Below the pieces are notes generated by a model, which saw only the letters and a list, made by a program, of their open reading frames with translations, had not been told where the DNA came from and searched no databases. Shown one piece after another: positions 10,360-23,462 of a stretch of DNA of 38,352 nucleotides; within the stretch, counting starts at the first letter, position 1; the number at the start of each line of letters is the position of its first letter. Both the position numbers and the translations under genes were made by a program. This DNA is from Chiloscyllium plagiosum (lineage: Eukaryota), in contig NC_057750.1 of NCBI RefSeq assembly GCF_004010195.1, positions 12,543,837 through 12,582,188 of the forward strand, given 5' to 3'.

Positions 10360-11514
10360 TAGTCTACTCTATGTTTGTAATTCTGAATATGATCCATCCC
10401 TTGGACTGAGCTGACATGATAGCATAGCTTAGCACAGTGCAACTTCCAGGTGGTTTGTTTCCACAGCAGCCTGATTGAAGTACCCATGATTTCTGGATTT
10501 ATTGCACTCATCTTGCAGGACTGACTGTGTTCGAATCCCCAGACCACAAGGTTACTGAGTCTGGTAGGACAATGCACTCGACCAAATGTGGCCAAACCTC
10601 TGGACTGAAATTCAATTAGTCCATTAACTGACTGTATCTCCTGTGGTGGCAACCCCAAAGCTAACCAGTCACTCCTCTAAAGATTAGACCCCTTATGACC
10701 TTCAGATATACCGTAAGATGCTGGCACACACTGTGGGTTACTGCATTGATGTTGCATAAAGCCATAAAGCAACATGTCCATCCCTTTTACTGTTCAGTGC
10801 TCTGGACATTGACAAGTTGTCTGCTTCTCCCTTTATGCTGAAAGACCATGCAAGAGACAGAGACTTGCAGCCTTTAAATTAGGATTAAAGAGCCTATCCT
10901 AAAAGTGAATTCCAGTCTGAGGCTTGGAAGCCTCCTAGTCTGCACAAAGAGAGTGAGTGCTAAGAAAGTAAGCTAAGAGACATAAGATTTATCCTATTTT
11001 AGATGTGTGTTTGTTCCTGTGGCCAAAGCGACTCGGCAGAAACATGCAAAACATAAGTGTCCCTGAGATCCAAAATGAAGACCTGAAAAGCTGAAGTGCT
11101 GTGAGTTGATCTGAAAGCAGCCACAATAATGTGGTGAGTCTGATGGAGTAAGGATGGAGTCCGTGCTTGTAGGGAAATGTTAGTGGTGGATGAAAACCCA
11201 GAAAAGCAAGCAGTGAGCCATGGCATCAGTAGCTGTTCTGTTTTGTCATCAGATTTGACACTATTTGGTTTCTCAAGGCGGAAGAGGATAATTGAGAACT
11301 ATAAGGAATTGAGGTGAGATTGCCTAATAATGAGATGCAAATGCATGGAATAAAGTAGTCACTGAGCATTAGTAAGATTTAGAACTTGCTGTTTAAACCC
11401 TGAGGGGAAAATAACAATGCTTGTCTCAAGTCAGGAATCTGATGTTTTTATTCTTGCCATATTTTCCCATTTTTCTCACCATTATCTGCACTGCTCAAGG
11501 TAGTGGAAAATTCC

Positions 11515-12055
11515 AATTATTTCCTGTTGCTGGAAAATCTAGAACAAGAGGTCACAGTTTCAGATTAAGTGGCAACTTGTACAGAACTGAAATGAAAAGA
11601 AATTCCTTACTCAAAGGGTGGTGAATCTTTGGAATTCACTACCATATTGAGTTGTGCATATAGAATCATTGAATCTATCTAAGGCTGATATCAAGCAGGT
11701 TTTGACCATAAGATGTAGGAGCAGAATTAGACCATTCGATCATTGAGTCTGCTCTGCCATTTGATTATGACTGATTTATTTCGCAGCGCCATGTTCCTGC
11801 CTTCACTTCATAATTCTTTACACCCTTACTAATCAAGAACCTATCTATCTCTATCTTAAATACACTAAATGACTTAGCCTCCACAGCTTTCTGCTGCAAT
11901 GCGTTGTGACCCTCATCAAAACTCTTCTCAAAACTCACTCTCAGGGAATTGAGAAATTAGAAAGAACAGCTGGGAAAGTGGAATTGAAACCCAGGACCAA
12001 CCATGATTATATTAAATTGATGGGCTACGTTGTCTTCTCTTGTTCCTACTTCTTG
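11515..12055. mobile_element. Cluster of CR1 3' fragments in both orientations
   Basis: SRTRGHSFRL-type coding on +, followed by an opposite-strand CR1 tail. Confidence 0.65.
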
Positions 12056-12349
12056 TGTTATTTTATTGAGCAATCACTGAACTTGCCTTAGACTAGAAAA
12101 CAAAAATTCTGCTCAGCCTCCCAATACATCTGTACAAGGCTGTGTCAAAATGAACATTTATATATTGTCTGACCTCATTGGGATTTCACTATTCTACCGT
12201 CAAGCTTTGGCAAGAGACTAGTAGAACCCCCTTACGATTTCAGAGACAAACTGATTTATGTTACACAATAAATAACTAAAGAATAAATAAAAGAGTTGAC
12301 AGATTATGATTTGGTTGATCAAGTTTCAGCTCACTTTTTTTTCTTTTAG

Positions 12350-12412
12350 CCATATGCAGATCCAGTTCATGATCCAACATGGAGATGGTGGAAAAATTCA
12401 CGGAAAGCCCAG
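12350..12412 (+). CDS. CATSPERG: CATSPERG internal exon (PYADPVHDPTWRWWKNSRKAQ), phase 0/0
   Basis: Polypyrimidine tract plus AG at 12348-12349, GTATGA donor at 12413, 63 nt open. PYADPVHDPTWRWW matches the vertebrate CatSper-gamma motif as I recall it; confirm by BLAST. Confidence 0.92.
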
Positions 12413-12928
12413 GTATGATGAAATTATGACTGTTGAAAAATATTTCTGAAATGTAGAGGCAGTTTTGGAACAAAGTTTTGGCTGGCCAATGTTTAAGGGC
12501 AGTCTGTCAAAGGATGCAAACAGTAAGTTTTCTTCTATAAAGACATTCACATGAGGTTGCCAATGTTCTTTTAACAAAAGGACACAAGTTATTATGCAAT
12601 AGAATTAAAAACTTTATATATATGATAACTTAGAACGATCTTAACATCAAAAACAAAAAAAGAAAGGTTCACCCCTTTTTCCATCAATACCCTTTACAGT
12701 TACTCAATTTCAGTTAAGTATGATTCTTTTGGTCAGATGGCCAGCAGGAGAAATGGGTACGAGACTGGTTAACAGCTAAAATCAAGCATGCTGGGAACTA
12801 TGTTCAAGCTACTTTAAACTCTGACCTCAATTAAAACTTCAGTCAAGGTGTGTTATGACCTGTCCTGTAAGCTGTGACCTGCAGTTTCCCATGCTAACCA
12901 AATCAGGGAGGCCGTATGGTTATCTGCT

Positions 12929-13000
12929 AAAAATCACACAACACCAGGTTATAGTCCAGCAGGTTTATTTGAAAGGAACGCTGTTCCTTCATCAGGTTGT
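12929..13000 (-). mobile_element. Penelope terminal fragment with partly deleted hammerhead
   Basis: Minus strand reads CCTGATGAAGGAACAGCGTTCC...AAATAAACCTGCTGGACTATAACCTGG. Same family as 29320-29480. Confidence 0.6.
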
Positions 13001-13299
13001 CTGTTAGACATGCTGGAACTATATTACCTTACATGGAGAATGGAATGTGGCTGCTTATGATTGCATAACATTTGGGAGTTGTTTATCAATAAAATCCATT
13101 GTCTGGAATCAAACAGTGTAATCAGCTGAGTGCCAGAGAGGTTTCTCGAGGGATAATCACATTGTGATAAAAGTTAGCAGAACAACAGATTTTTTACAGG
13201 GTTGAGTCTTCAAGACCTGAAGTGATCTTCAGCAATACAAAGAACCACGAGGCAAGATCTAAACTGAAAGCAAAGTTGGCCACCTCACTCAAATTGGGG

Positions 13300-13618
13300 T
13301 AGATTAGATTACTTACAGTGTGTAAACAGGCCCTTCGGCCCAACAAGTCCACACCGACCCTCCAAAGAGTAATCCACCCAGACCCATTCCCCTACATTTA
13401 CCCCTTCACCTAACACTACTGGCAATTTAGCATGGCCAATTCATCTAACCTGCACATTTTTGGACTGTGGGAGGAAATCGGAGCACCCGGAGGAAACCCA
13501 CGCAGACACGGGGAGAATGTGCAAACTCCACACAGACAGTTGCCCGAGGCGGGAATGGAACCTGGGTTTCTGGCACTGTGAGGCAGCAGTGCTAACCACT
13601 GAGCCACTGTGCCGTCCA
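13300..13618 (-). mobile_element. HE1-type SINE
   Basis: Reverse-complement similarity to 9444-9776, with (GATTA)n tail. Confidence 0.9.
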
Positions 13619-13844
13619 CAGTAGTATTTGTTTCAAACCAAGCTTATAAAGTTAAAGTTAGAATTCGGGTCAAATGTGAATTAAATTACAATAATGTAAA
13701 ATGAAGTTAAATGAAATGAGTTAAAATTGAAATTAAGTTAGCTGAAGTAAGAAGTAAATGTTGCAATGAATGTAGGTTTTATATTGAGTATTGGTACCTA
13801 AAGGGTTAAAATAAAAAATGGTTTGTTGAATTAAAATCCGAGTT

Positions 13845-14850
13845 GACTCCCTATCTTGTTCTGTCAAACAAGGGAAGAATACCTAGGATAAGGTTGAGTA
13901 CACCTTTCGGCAACACTCCTATGTTAACTCTTCAATCCTTACAAATAACTCCTTTAGAATCTAAATTCCTAACTAATAGCAATATACTCAAATTTGCATC
14001 ACACGTGGGCCATGCTGTCGATTAATTGCAGCTTTATAAACAGTTCCCATCGTCTGAGCAGAGAAAGCTATATGATTAGAAGACAAATCATGCTTTATAA
14101 ACTTTTTTTGTTTAATTGGTTACAGATGTAGTGGATAAGAGATTATTTATGATGTTATTTATCTGACACTCTAGAATGAATTCAAAACAGAGCAACAGAA
14201 ACACTGTTGACAAAAATGAATGTGCATGGAGCTGGAAGCAACCATTTGAAATGGTTGAAAAGTGGTTAGAAGATAGGGCTCAAGTATGGATAATGGGTCC
14301 ATATTCTAATTGGCAGAATATGACAAGTGGTATTTTCTAGGACTTTGTATTAGCCTCTGTTTTTCATTACATTTGACAACGGCTTGCATGAAGGAAGAGA
14401 AAGCTTTATAGTCCAGTTTTCTGATGACACCATGTTTTTGCACAATAAGGAGTGCAAGTGGAAATGGAAAGCTGTAATGGAATATTATTGGTTAAGTGAG
14501 TAGGCAACATTGTGGCAGGTGGAGTTCAGTGTGAGAAAAGTCAACTTAGCTTTAAAAAAGATAAATCAGTGATTTTTTTTTTAAATGGTGAGAAACGAGA
14601 TGCTGAGGAGGAACAAAGAGGTGTATGGATCCATGCTCACACAAGATTAATTTAGGATATCTGGTCAGCCTGGATGAGTTGGACCAAAGGGTCTGTTTCA
14701 GTGCTATACATCTCTGTGACTCTATGACTGGTGGGCAAATGTAAAAAATAATTAAAAAGTATCATAGAATGTAAGCTTTCATTTGAAGAGCCCTGGAATA
14801 TAAAGGGATGCAAGTAATGTTACAGTTGTATAAAACCCTGGTTAGACCTG
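13845..14850 (+). mobile_element. Highly decayed CR1 RT fragment with a younger CR1 tail inserted (~14645-14728)
   Basis: Degenerate F.DDT and KTLVRP-like coding. Tail GGGTCTGTTTC..CTATGACT. Confidence 0.55.
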
Positions 14851-15054
14851 GGCAGTAAAGGTTGTTTTATGCCTAATACCAGATTCCCGAAGCAACTGCT
14901 TGACTTGGAACTTGGTCATGGCTGGTGACTCCCAGGAGGACAGCAGAAATGCTTTATGAATGTCCTCAAAGCATTCGATCATATATCCTCATTGACTCAT
15001 AGTTGACTGATCAAAAATGACAAAGCCTGAACATTTCAGTTAAATTCATGTGAA

Positions 15055-15405
15055 GATACCCATCCCTAATTGCCCTTGAACTGAATGGCCTGTGATACAG
15101 TTTTATTGTTTAATTAAGAGTAATACACATCACTATGAGCCTGGGGTTACATGTAGGCCAGACAGGGATGGCAGATTCCCTTCTGGAAAGGGCATTAATG
15201 AACCAGATGGGTTTTTATAATAATTGATGATAGGTTGAAAACCACAGTCAACATCACTAAGACCAGCTTTCAAGTTGAGATTTATTAACTGAATTTACAT
15301 TTTACCAATGATTGTGGTGAGATTTTAACTCATGTCCCTGGCTTATTAGCTTGGGTCTCTGAATTAATGGTTCAGTAACATTTCTACTTTTCTGCCATCT
15401 CCCTT
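15055..15405 (-). mobile_element. Second tRNA-derived SINE family (same as 23463-23790)
   Basis: Reverse complement of the AAACCCATCTG..GGAAATCTGCC..GGCCTACATGT core. Confidence 0.7.
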
Positions 15406-15503
15406 TCAGTTGTGCTGTATGTGACCTTTCACCAGCACTAACCACAGAAAATAATTTCGCCTAATGGAGATGTTATTTTTATTTGTTTATATGTCTACTC
15501 CAG

Positions 15504-15675
15504 CATTACTACTTCTATCTGGCCAGTAACAAACTTTCTAAAGGTGGATTCTATGTGGAAGCATATGATTACCGGAAGCACTATGATGCCAATATCAATG
15601 ATCCTTTGCCTTCTGTCATTTATCTGGATAAAAGCAGCTCATATAAATTCATTGTCTACCTGACTGTGAGCAATG
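15504..15675 (+). CDS. CATSPERG: CATSPERG internal exon (HYYFYLASNKLSKGGFYVE...LPSVIYLDKSSSYKFIVYLTVSN), phase 0/1
   Basis: CAG acceptor at 15501-15503, GTGAGT donor at 15676, 172 nt, in frame with the previous exon. Resembles mammalian YYFFLASN...LPERIFLDKG as recalled. Confidence 0.92.
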
Positions 15676-17469
15676 GTGAGTTGAAACATTTAGCCTGTTG
15701 TGTTTAAGCACTGGTATCACCTCATAATATACAGGGAGTCCATGCATCTGGTTCTTAGTTAAATGGAATTAAGTGGCTTGAGAAGATTTATTTAGATTAG
15801 CTTACTTTGTTCAAAAATTCTTATTTAAAAACTAAATGGTTATTATTAGGTCATTATTAGGTCCACTAATTAGGAGTATTGAAACAGTGATTGAATCTGA
15901 CTACAGGTTCTGAATTGACATCAGAAATATTGAGAAAGACTTGACAATCTATGTCTCTTTAATAGCTTTTAAAAACACATTAAAATATATCAAGCTAATT
16001 GCTTAATTTTAAGAAAGCACCTGTATTTGAAAAGTATTTTTCATGGTCCATAGTTTCTAATATATATTTAAATAGCAGAATTCTTTACATGTTAAATTGA
16101 AAATTTCTCTTTCATTATTTTTTTAAAGGTGCTCCTAGTAACCTTATGGATTTGTTGAACTTACCAAATGTTTATGTAACACATAAGCACATTAGGAAGT
16201 GGAAGATTTGATTTGTTTTGATTTATTATTGTCACATGCACCAAGATACAGTGAAAAGGATTGTTTTGCATCTTAACCAGACAAATTGTACCTTATATAA
16301 GTACATCAGAGTTAAGCCTGTATCTCACTAAACAATCCGCAGTTATGTGATGTTGAAATTGCTGTTTTTTAGTAGAATCACATAAAATGAATTGTTTGCA
16401 TACTTTATCATTAATTGGTTGCTGCCTGGCAGCCAGTCTTTTCAGTTGATTGATGATTAATAGGCAGGTATGAATTGATACGGACCAATCAGAGGCCTAA
16501 TTTCAAGATTGCTTTGAATAAGTGATACTCATAATTTTGTCATTCGCCTGGTATTGGTATAAATTAAACTTGTATAAGTAGATATCCTGGCATTCTGGAC
16601 AATGAAATATGTAACTAATGCTGCATTGACATCTTCCACTTCACCATTTTGTTAATCTTAGATTTATTCAGTGTCAATGTATGCTCTCTTGCTTTCTTCT
16701 GCTTGCACCCCTGAACTCACTGTTATGCAATATTGCACAGATTGCATCATATCACAGTCATTCTGGATACCCAAGCTGAGGGATGAGTCTTAACTTATCT
16801 CTGCACCTAGATAAGAATATTATCTTACTTAATGACATATAGGAGCAATATGCTGATCTTGACCTTCACTCATTAGATTTCTCATCAGTGTCACAAGCCA
16901 GGTTTGAAGAGGATATTTCTTGTTATCCAAGAGCTAATTTAGAGGAAATAATACTAAATACTAAGGGACTCAAAATTAACACCAACAACATAATAATAAT
17001 GAAGCAAATAATGGCACTAAAGAGTAAGCAGTCCGCAGGAACAATGAATTTTTATTGTTTTTTTAGAAAAAGAGTGAGAAAATTGCTAATACTTGACCTA
17101 TAATCTTGCAAAGTTTTCTTTTTATTCTGTCTGGTTCCTGTAGATCAGACTAGTGTGCATGCTATTTTGATATTTAGTAAAGGTGAGAGTGATTAGCCTA
17201 TTACATGTTGTTATGAAGTTGTGAGGATCTAAGAATTGAATTTTCCCATTTTCGGTTAAAAATTTTGTGGAATGTCATTCATGATGTTTGGTTTGCGGTG
17301 GCTCAGAATGACTTTACTTACGCAATCTTCTGGTCTTCACCTTATTCCTTTTACATATGTGCTCTTTGACACCCTTTGCATTGAACCACATGGTAGGAGA
17401 ATTTGAACTACGTGCAATTCCTTGGACCTTGAGGTGTTTTCACTGTTGGTGCCAAATGTAAAGATGTTT

Positions 17470-19200
17470 AAAGACATAATGCAGAAAGCATATGATGTAT
17501 CGCTGTTACCACAGGGGTTTGTAGTGTATCTTGCTTCAGTAAAGAACAATTGGGTATACACTGTTGTTGGGACTGCCATGGGCTACTGATATACAGATTA
17601 AACCCAATAAGCAAGGGAAAGTAGAATAAAAACCCACACACACTTTTTTCTTCCTCTGCCCAACTACATCTAATGCATTCTCGACTTCCACAGCTGTGGC
17701 GGAGGAAGTGTTTTTTAGGTAGCCCTGCTGACAGGGAAGGATTAGGTGGTTGTCCCTGGGGCTGCTTGGGTGTTGCGGGTTCAAGTCTGTTGGACAAGGT
17801 CCTGGTCAGATGCAGGATTGTCCTCCTTAGGTTGGAGTGTCTTTAGGCTTTGGCCTCATAGGTTGGAGGAATGAGGTGCCTATCTGGTGGGGGTCCTATG
17901 TGTTGTTCCTCCTTACTATGACTGTCTGCTGGCACCCTATTTCCATGAGAGTAAGGGGCACCTGCAATGAGGTCGAGGTCCACTGTCCTCTTTTACCTTG
18001 CCATCATTGCTGAGCACCTGTGGCTAGAACAATGGAGTGCAGATCTGTCACATATCCAGCAGAAACTGAGTATCCTAGACCAGTTACCAACCTATCCATG
18101 GAGATAGCCAGAGCCATGCATGTCAGGTTCAGCACAGTAGTGGTAGCCTTGGTGGACTTGCCATCCTTCAATTGAAGTTACCATGTGCCTCTGACAAATC
18201 CACCTGTTCTTCTGCAGATGAAGTTTGTACATTTTGATAAAATAATTAATGGCTGAAATAATGGGACCATCTTCTGACTTGGGCTGAGTGACTGTCAGTT
18301 CTCTAATAGTCCTTTGAGTGTCAAAGACATGAGGCATTTCTTCCTCAACCAGCTGCAAGCATGTGTCTGTGATTGTGCTCCACGTCTAATCTAGGTAGAG
18401 TACTTAGAAGGGTGAAATCTCTGAGTTGGTGGAGGTTGCAGGTAAAAGCCTTGCTGGTGCATCCTCTGAGGATTTAGTGCCGTCCTCCTCAGAGGTATAG
18501 GTGGATCTGAGTATCTCTGGTGCTGCAGTCTTTCTATTGGAGCTTTGCTAAGTGCTGCTAATGTTAATGTCCAAGGAACACTCCCCATCCCCTTGTGAGC
18601 AATTCTAAAGATTTTCTCGTATTAAGACTGAGGAGCCTGATGGCTCTATAGTAAGACAAAGGGCGGATTCAGGATGATGAACCTGGCTGGAATAGCAGTT
18701 AGTGGTGATACAAGAGCAGCAGAGGTGTTGGAGTGATCCCCATGTCAGTGAGTAGGAAGCACAGACAGCAGAAATGGTTAATAGTTAGGGTGGATGAAAT
18801 GATTGCGAGCCATGCTGTGGCCATAATGCGTGTAATAGTTGTAGTCATGAGCCTTGGTGACATGCATGTGCAATGGTAGAATTAGAATGTGTTGTGGCAC
18901 TGTGATTGTGAGATAGCATGAAGATGATAATAGTCCATATCTTGCATTGAACAGAAAATCCATCAATCTTCAGGCAACACTGCTGTGCATTCTTTTTAAG
19001 CTGGGATGCAGGAGTGACGTGATCCACTGTATATGTCCAGGCTGGGACTGTATGGTGGCATGGCCTCTTTCAGTGGTCTGCTGAAAAAGACCTGCCCTCC
19101 ACTCTACCACCCACCCACCCATCAGCACTTCTAAGTCACTGCCCTCAAAGTGGGAAGATAATTTGCCTTTCTGGGCCATGACCTTTGTTTTAATGGTGGA
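17470..19200 (-). mobile_element. Decayed PIF/Harbinger-type transposon region carrying a Myb/SANT-like gene
   Basis: See the pseudogene entry at 18938-19179. The downstream part is duplicated in inverted form at 19239-20440. No TIRs or transposase recognised. Confidence 0.5.
18938..19179 (-). pseudogene. Myb/SANT-like (Myb_DNA-bind_5 type) domain relic
   Basis: Read across frameshifts: MAQKGKLSSHFEGSDLEVL..VVEWRAGLF.ADH*KRPCHHTVPAWTYTVDHVTPASQLKKNAQQCCLKI.DFLFNAR. This fits the F..ELEVL..LF..AW..V..R..QC.K..DL pattern. Confidence 0.62.
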
Positions 19201-19238
19201 GTGAGGGGAAGTTTCTGGCTTGAAACATTTGAAATTAT

Positions 19239-20440
19239 GTACTCTATCTAGATTAGACTTAAGAGCAGAATCACTGATACATTTGCAGCTGGTTGAGAAA
19301 GAAATGCCTCATGTCTTTGACACTCAGAGACTATTGGAGAACTGGCACTCAGCCACAGCAGAAGAAAATCCCATGACTTTAGCTATTAATGATTTTATCA
19401 AAATGCATAAACTCTCGCTGCAGATAGACAGGAAGGTACGTTAGAGGCACGTAACAACCTGGGTTGAAGGATAGCAAAGTTTACCAAGGTTGCCACTTCT
19501 GTGCTGAACCTGGCATGCATGCCTCTGGCCATCTCCATGGACAGGTTGGTAACTGCCTTGGAGATCCAGATTCAGGATACTCAGTGTCTGCTGGATATGT
19601 CGAAAAGTGTGGCACTGGAAAAACACAGTAGGACAAGCAGCATCCGAGGAGCAGGAGAATGAACACTTCAGGCATAAGCCCTTCATTAGAGCTGAGGAAA
19701 GGCTTATACCTGAAACATCGATTCTCCTGCTCCTTGGATGCTGCCTGACCTACTGTGCTTTACCAGTGCCACACTTTTCGACTCTGATCTCCAGCATCTG
19801 CAGGCCTCACTTTCTCCTAGTCTGCTGGATATGTACATGGATTTGCACTCTGTAGCTCTAGCCATAGGTGTTCAGCATCAGTGGTAAGGCAAAAGGGGAT
19901 GGGAGACCTCAACCTCATTCCAGGTGTCCCTTGTTCTCAGGGAAATAGGATGGTGCCAGTAGCTGGCCATTGCCAAGAGAAACCACACACAGGGCTCTCA
20001 GAAACTTACTCAACAACATAGGCACATCCTTCCCTCAGCCAAAGTCTAAACAAGTACTACCTGAGGAGGACAATCCTGCATCTTAGCAGGTCTCTGTCAA
20101 CAGACCTGGGCCCTCTGGACTCAAGCAGTCCCAGAGACGATCGCCCAAGCCTTCCCTGTCAGCAGGGCTATCTAGAGAGCAGGCTGCCTCCACCTCAGCA
20201 ATAGAAATCGGGAATGCTTTGAGACATAGGAAGAGCAACAGTAAGAAGAAATTGCTTGTAAGCTTTTATTCCTACTTTCCCTTGTCTGTTGGGTTTAGTC
20301 TGGAAAGCAATAACCCAAAGCAGTCCCAATAAAGGGAACCAGTGCACCCTGGTGCACTGGTTCCCTTTATTGAACCAGGGTGCACTGCAAAATATTCCAC
20401 CAATAGCAATACATCATAAGCTTTCTGCAGAGTGTTTACA
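19239..20440 (+). repeat. Diverged inverted copy of 17470-18402
   Basis: Both copies translate to QLVE(E/K)EMPHVFDTQR. Collinear reverse-complement blocks run along about 0.9 kb. Confidence 0.88.
19601..19819. mobile_element. Penelope-derived hairpin element
   Basis: 15-bp TSD GTCTGCTGGATATGT at 19586-19600 and 19820-19834. Degenerate core CTGAGGA-A-AGGC-TTAT-ACCT-GAAA-CA-TC from 19692. Confidence 0.85.
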
Positions 20441-22539
20441 ATTACAAGCAGCCTGATTTATGTGTATTTGACGAGGATCAGTCCGAAATAGGTAATCAGC
20501 TTTCTCTGTCTCAACCTCCACTTGCTAGCTATCGCTCTGAGGCAGACTTTCTTCGACTCGTTTCCATGTATGTAGCCAACATAATCAATTTTAGATACTG
20601 TCCAGTCTTCAATGATTGATCAGTTGACCATTGGCAAATATCACAAATGTGTCATGTCTACCATGATTGGTTGGCCTTTTACCCATTAGGACATGTGCTT
20701 GTTTTATCTAGAAGGAGACTTATTTCTCAATTTTAATGAACTTTAGCCCCAGAGCAACCTGCTTATGGATACTCATATAGGCTATTTTCTTTTGCTATCA
20801 GCTTTTGCTTTTGTCCCGTTAACATATGATGTTTATGTACCATTACCCTGTGGCCAACTGCACTTCGTTTTACTGACTGACAAATGTTTCAGTGATTCCA
20901 TCTGGTGTCCTGGTTTTAACAGAACTGACTTAGGCATACTCAGTCACTAGTTCACAACATCTCCTGCTGAGTTACAACACTTTATTTAAATACACATTCC
21001 TTTAGAAAACACAGAAATCAACTAAGTTGGCCCAGTGACCTTTGAACAATTACGTCACTATCCAACTAATTGAGCTTTCAATAGGGCAAGCTACAATTGT
21101 TTCTTTCACATTGCAGCTGACCAGCAAATGTAGGGTTACCATGCCTACTGAGAAAGTTTGTAGCCTTATGTATGACACGTTTGCTACAGGAGATGCGGGA
21201 AAGCACTTGACGGGGGGGGGGGGGGGGGTGCATTTGTTCAGAAGAATTGGGGACGTCTGTTCTTAATGTCAGTTGATTGGTGTAAATAATCATTTGTTCA
21301 CTTGTCAAATGTGTGGCAGTACTTCCTTCTCACGCCGGGGGTGGAAGATTGCACATATTTCACAGTAGGGCGTCGGATAACTAAAAATTCTGGTTATATC
21401 AAAGACTCTTCACGAAACTCATACTCAATAGGAAAATAACTTGTAATTTAATAAGCTGAGTGGAATATGCACGTATTGGAATAATCCTGATACATTTTCA
21501 TGTGTACCACTTTGAGCAGATTTGAATTATGAAGCTCATCTCCCTCATCTTGACTTTTCTGGAATGTGAATGTCTTATTACCCTTAGAGGCTAGGAAAAC
21601 ACAAAGGCTGAAACTGACAAAGTAAGGACGTTGGAAGATGTTCATGTGTGAGTGAGAGAGAGAAAACATTCTTCAGTAAATTACATTCACTGACTGAAGG
21701 GTTCAAGGGACACTGTGCGAGAGAGTGGAAAGATTAACTCTTTGTGGTCTGATTTGAGTGAACACTGGCTTGTCATGGATTGAATGTTTGTGCGTTGTTC
21801 CCTGGAGCTTGAGATCCGGGAAAGTTATGAATTTAGTTTGCATTCTGGGAATCTAAGATGATTTTAAAAGAAAAAACCATTTTGTAGGACAGTGATACTG
21901 GCCATGTTAGATGAGCGAGGTTACCTCATGACCTTTTCCACATAGTTTAGACTAGTCCCTCGTAATGATGTCCTGTTGAAAAGGAAGGTTATGTAGCCAA
22001 AGCAGTCGGCCATTGGAAGCCTGGCTTGATCAAGATTTCCCACTTTGATGTGCCTGTAGCTTAATTAGTCAAGTGTACTCAGAACTGTCAATGAGTTTCT
22101 CTTCCTCTGCAAAGTTTTGCCATTTATTGCTGCTTATCTGATTAAGAACATGTGGTGTTTTTGTAATTTTAATACCAAATCCTGTCTAAAGACAGCTTGT
22201 TTTAGAACCTTAGCTCAAGCCGGGCTTGTAGGTTTCTATTTTATAGTGTTACATTGATGCTATTGGTAAATAAAGGTAATCATTTAAACTAAACTGTCTG
22301 TAAGAGTTTTATATTCCAAACTACCACAGAATATGATCTCTGGGATGAACCAAGAGAGGCTTACTGGTCAAGTCCATCAGGGATTCCCTGAGCTGTCCCA
22401 AATAGGTACTTTAACACTACTGAAGGCACATAAATGGTACCGCTGGACACATAATTGTCAATATGCTTGTACTTTTGTAAATAAATCTTCATTTGCACTC
22501 TAAGAATGCTTGCTTTGTTGTGTTTCTGGCTGTCTGACC

Positions 22540-23150
22540 TGTTACGTGCTCTCATGTGGGAGATGAGCAAACTCTACAGATATGAGGTGATGCACTTGGA
22601 CAGAACAAGCAATGCAATGGAATACATGATGAAAAGTAATATCCTGGGAGGGACTGAAGATGAGAGGGACCTTGATGTGAATGTCCACCAGTCCCTTAAG
22701 ATAGTGGGACAGGTACATAAAGAAGGGATACTTGCCTTTATTAGCCAAGGTATACAGTTTTAAGAGTAGGTTTTGCTGGAATTATATAAAACATTGGTTA
22801 GGCCGCATCTATAGTATTGTGTGAAGTTCTGGAATCCTCATTATAGAATGGATGTCATTCCACTGGGGAGAATACAGAGGACATTTGCCGGGATGTTGTC
22901 TGGGCTTGGGAGTTTTAATTATGAAGAGAGATTGGACAGATTAGAGTTGTTTTCCTTGAAACAGAGGAGCTTGAGAGTGGACATGATTGAGATATATCAA
23001 ATTCTGAGGAACATCGATTGGATAGACTGATAAGAACTTTTCCCCTTACTGCAGGCATCAATAACTGGGGATATAAATTTATGTTAATGGGCCAGAGATT
23101 TAAATGTGAACCAAAATCTTTTTCACCCAGAGAGTGATGTGGGTCTTGAA
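22540..23150 (+). mobile_element. CR1 RT C-terminal fragment
   Basis: ERDLDVNVHQSLK, FWNPHYRMD and YEERLDRLELFSL motifs. Confidence 0.8.
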
Positions 23151-23462
23151 CAAAGCCACAGCTTGAGACAGGAGAAATGCTAGGCCATTTCAGAGGGCAG
23201 TTGAGAGTGGGTCACATTGCTGTGGGTCTGGAGTCACACATTTTAGGTTGGGATCTTGCACAATCAATTAAGACCCTTACTCCCAAATGACCTTCTACTG
23301 ATAATTCATATGCCATCCGCAACATCTCCTTTCTATAAAACACCAGTTGTGATGAACTTCTGCCCGTATGTGATGGTCTCCATTTCCTCATCAAGTAATA
23401 TTCTGGGACAAGCTAAAATTCTTCTGTGTATGCGTTTTGATACAACTGCTTTAGTTTTTTAT

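Noticed and set aside
16129..16200. Strong-looking acceptor (TTTTTTTAAAG) followed by a short open frame, as a possible extra CATSPERG exon
   Set aside because: No convincing phase-1 GT donor, and the flanking exons already join in frame.
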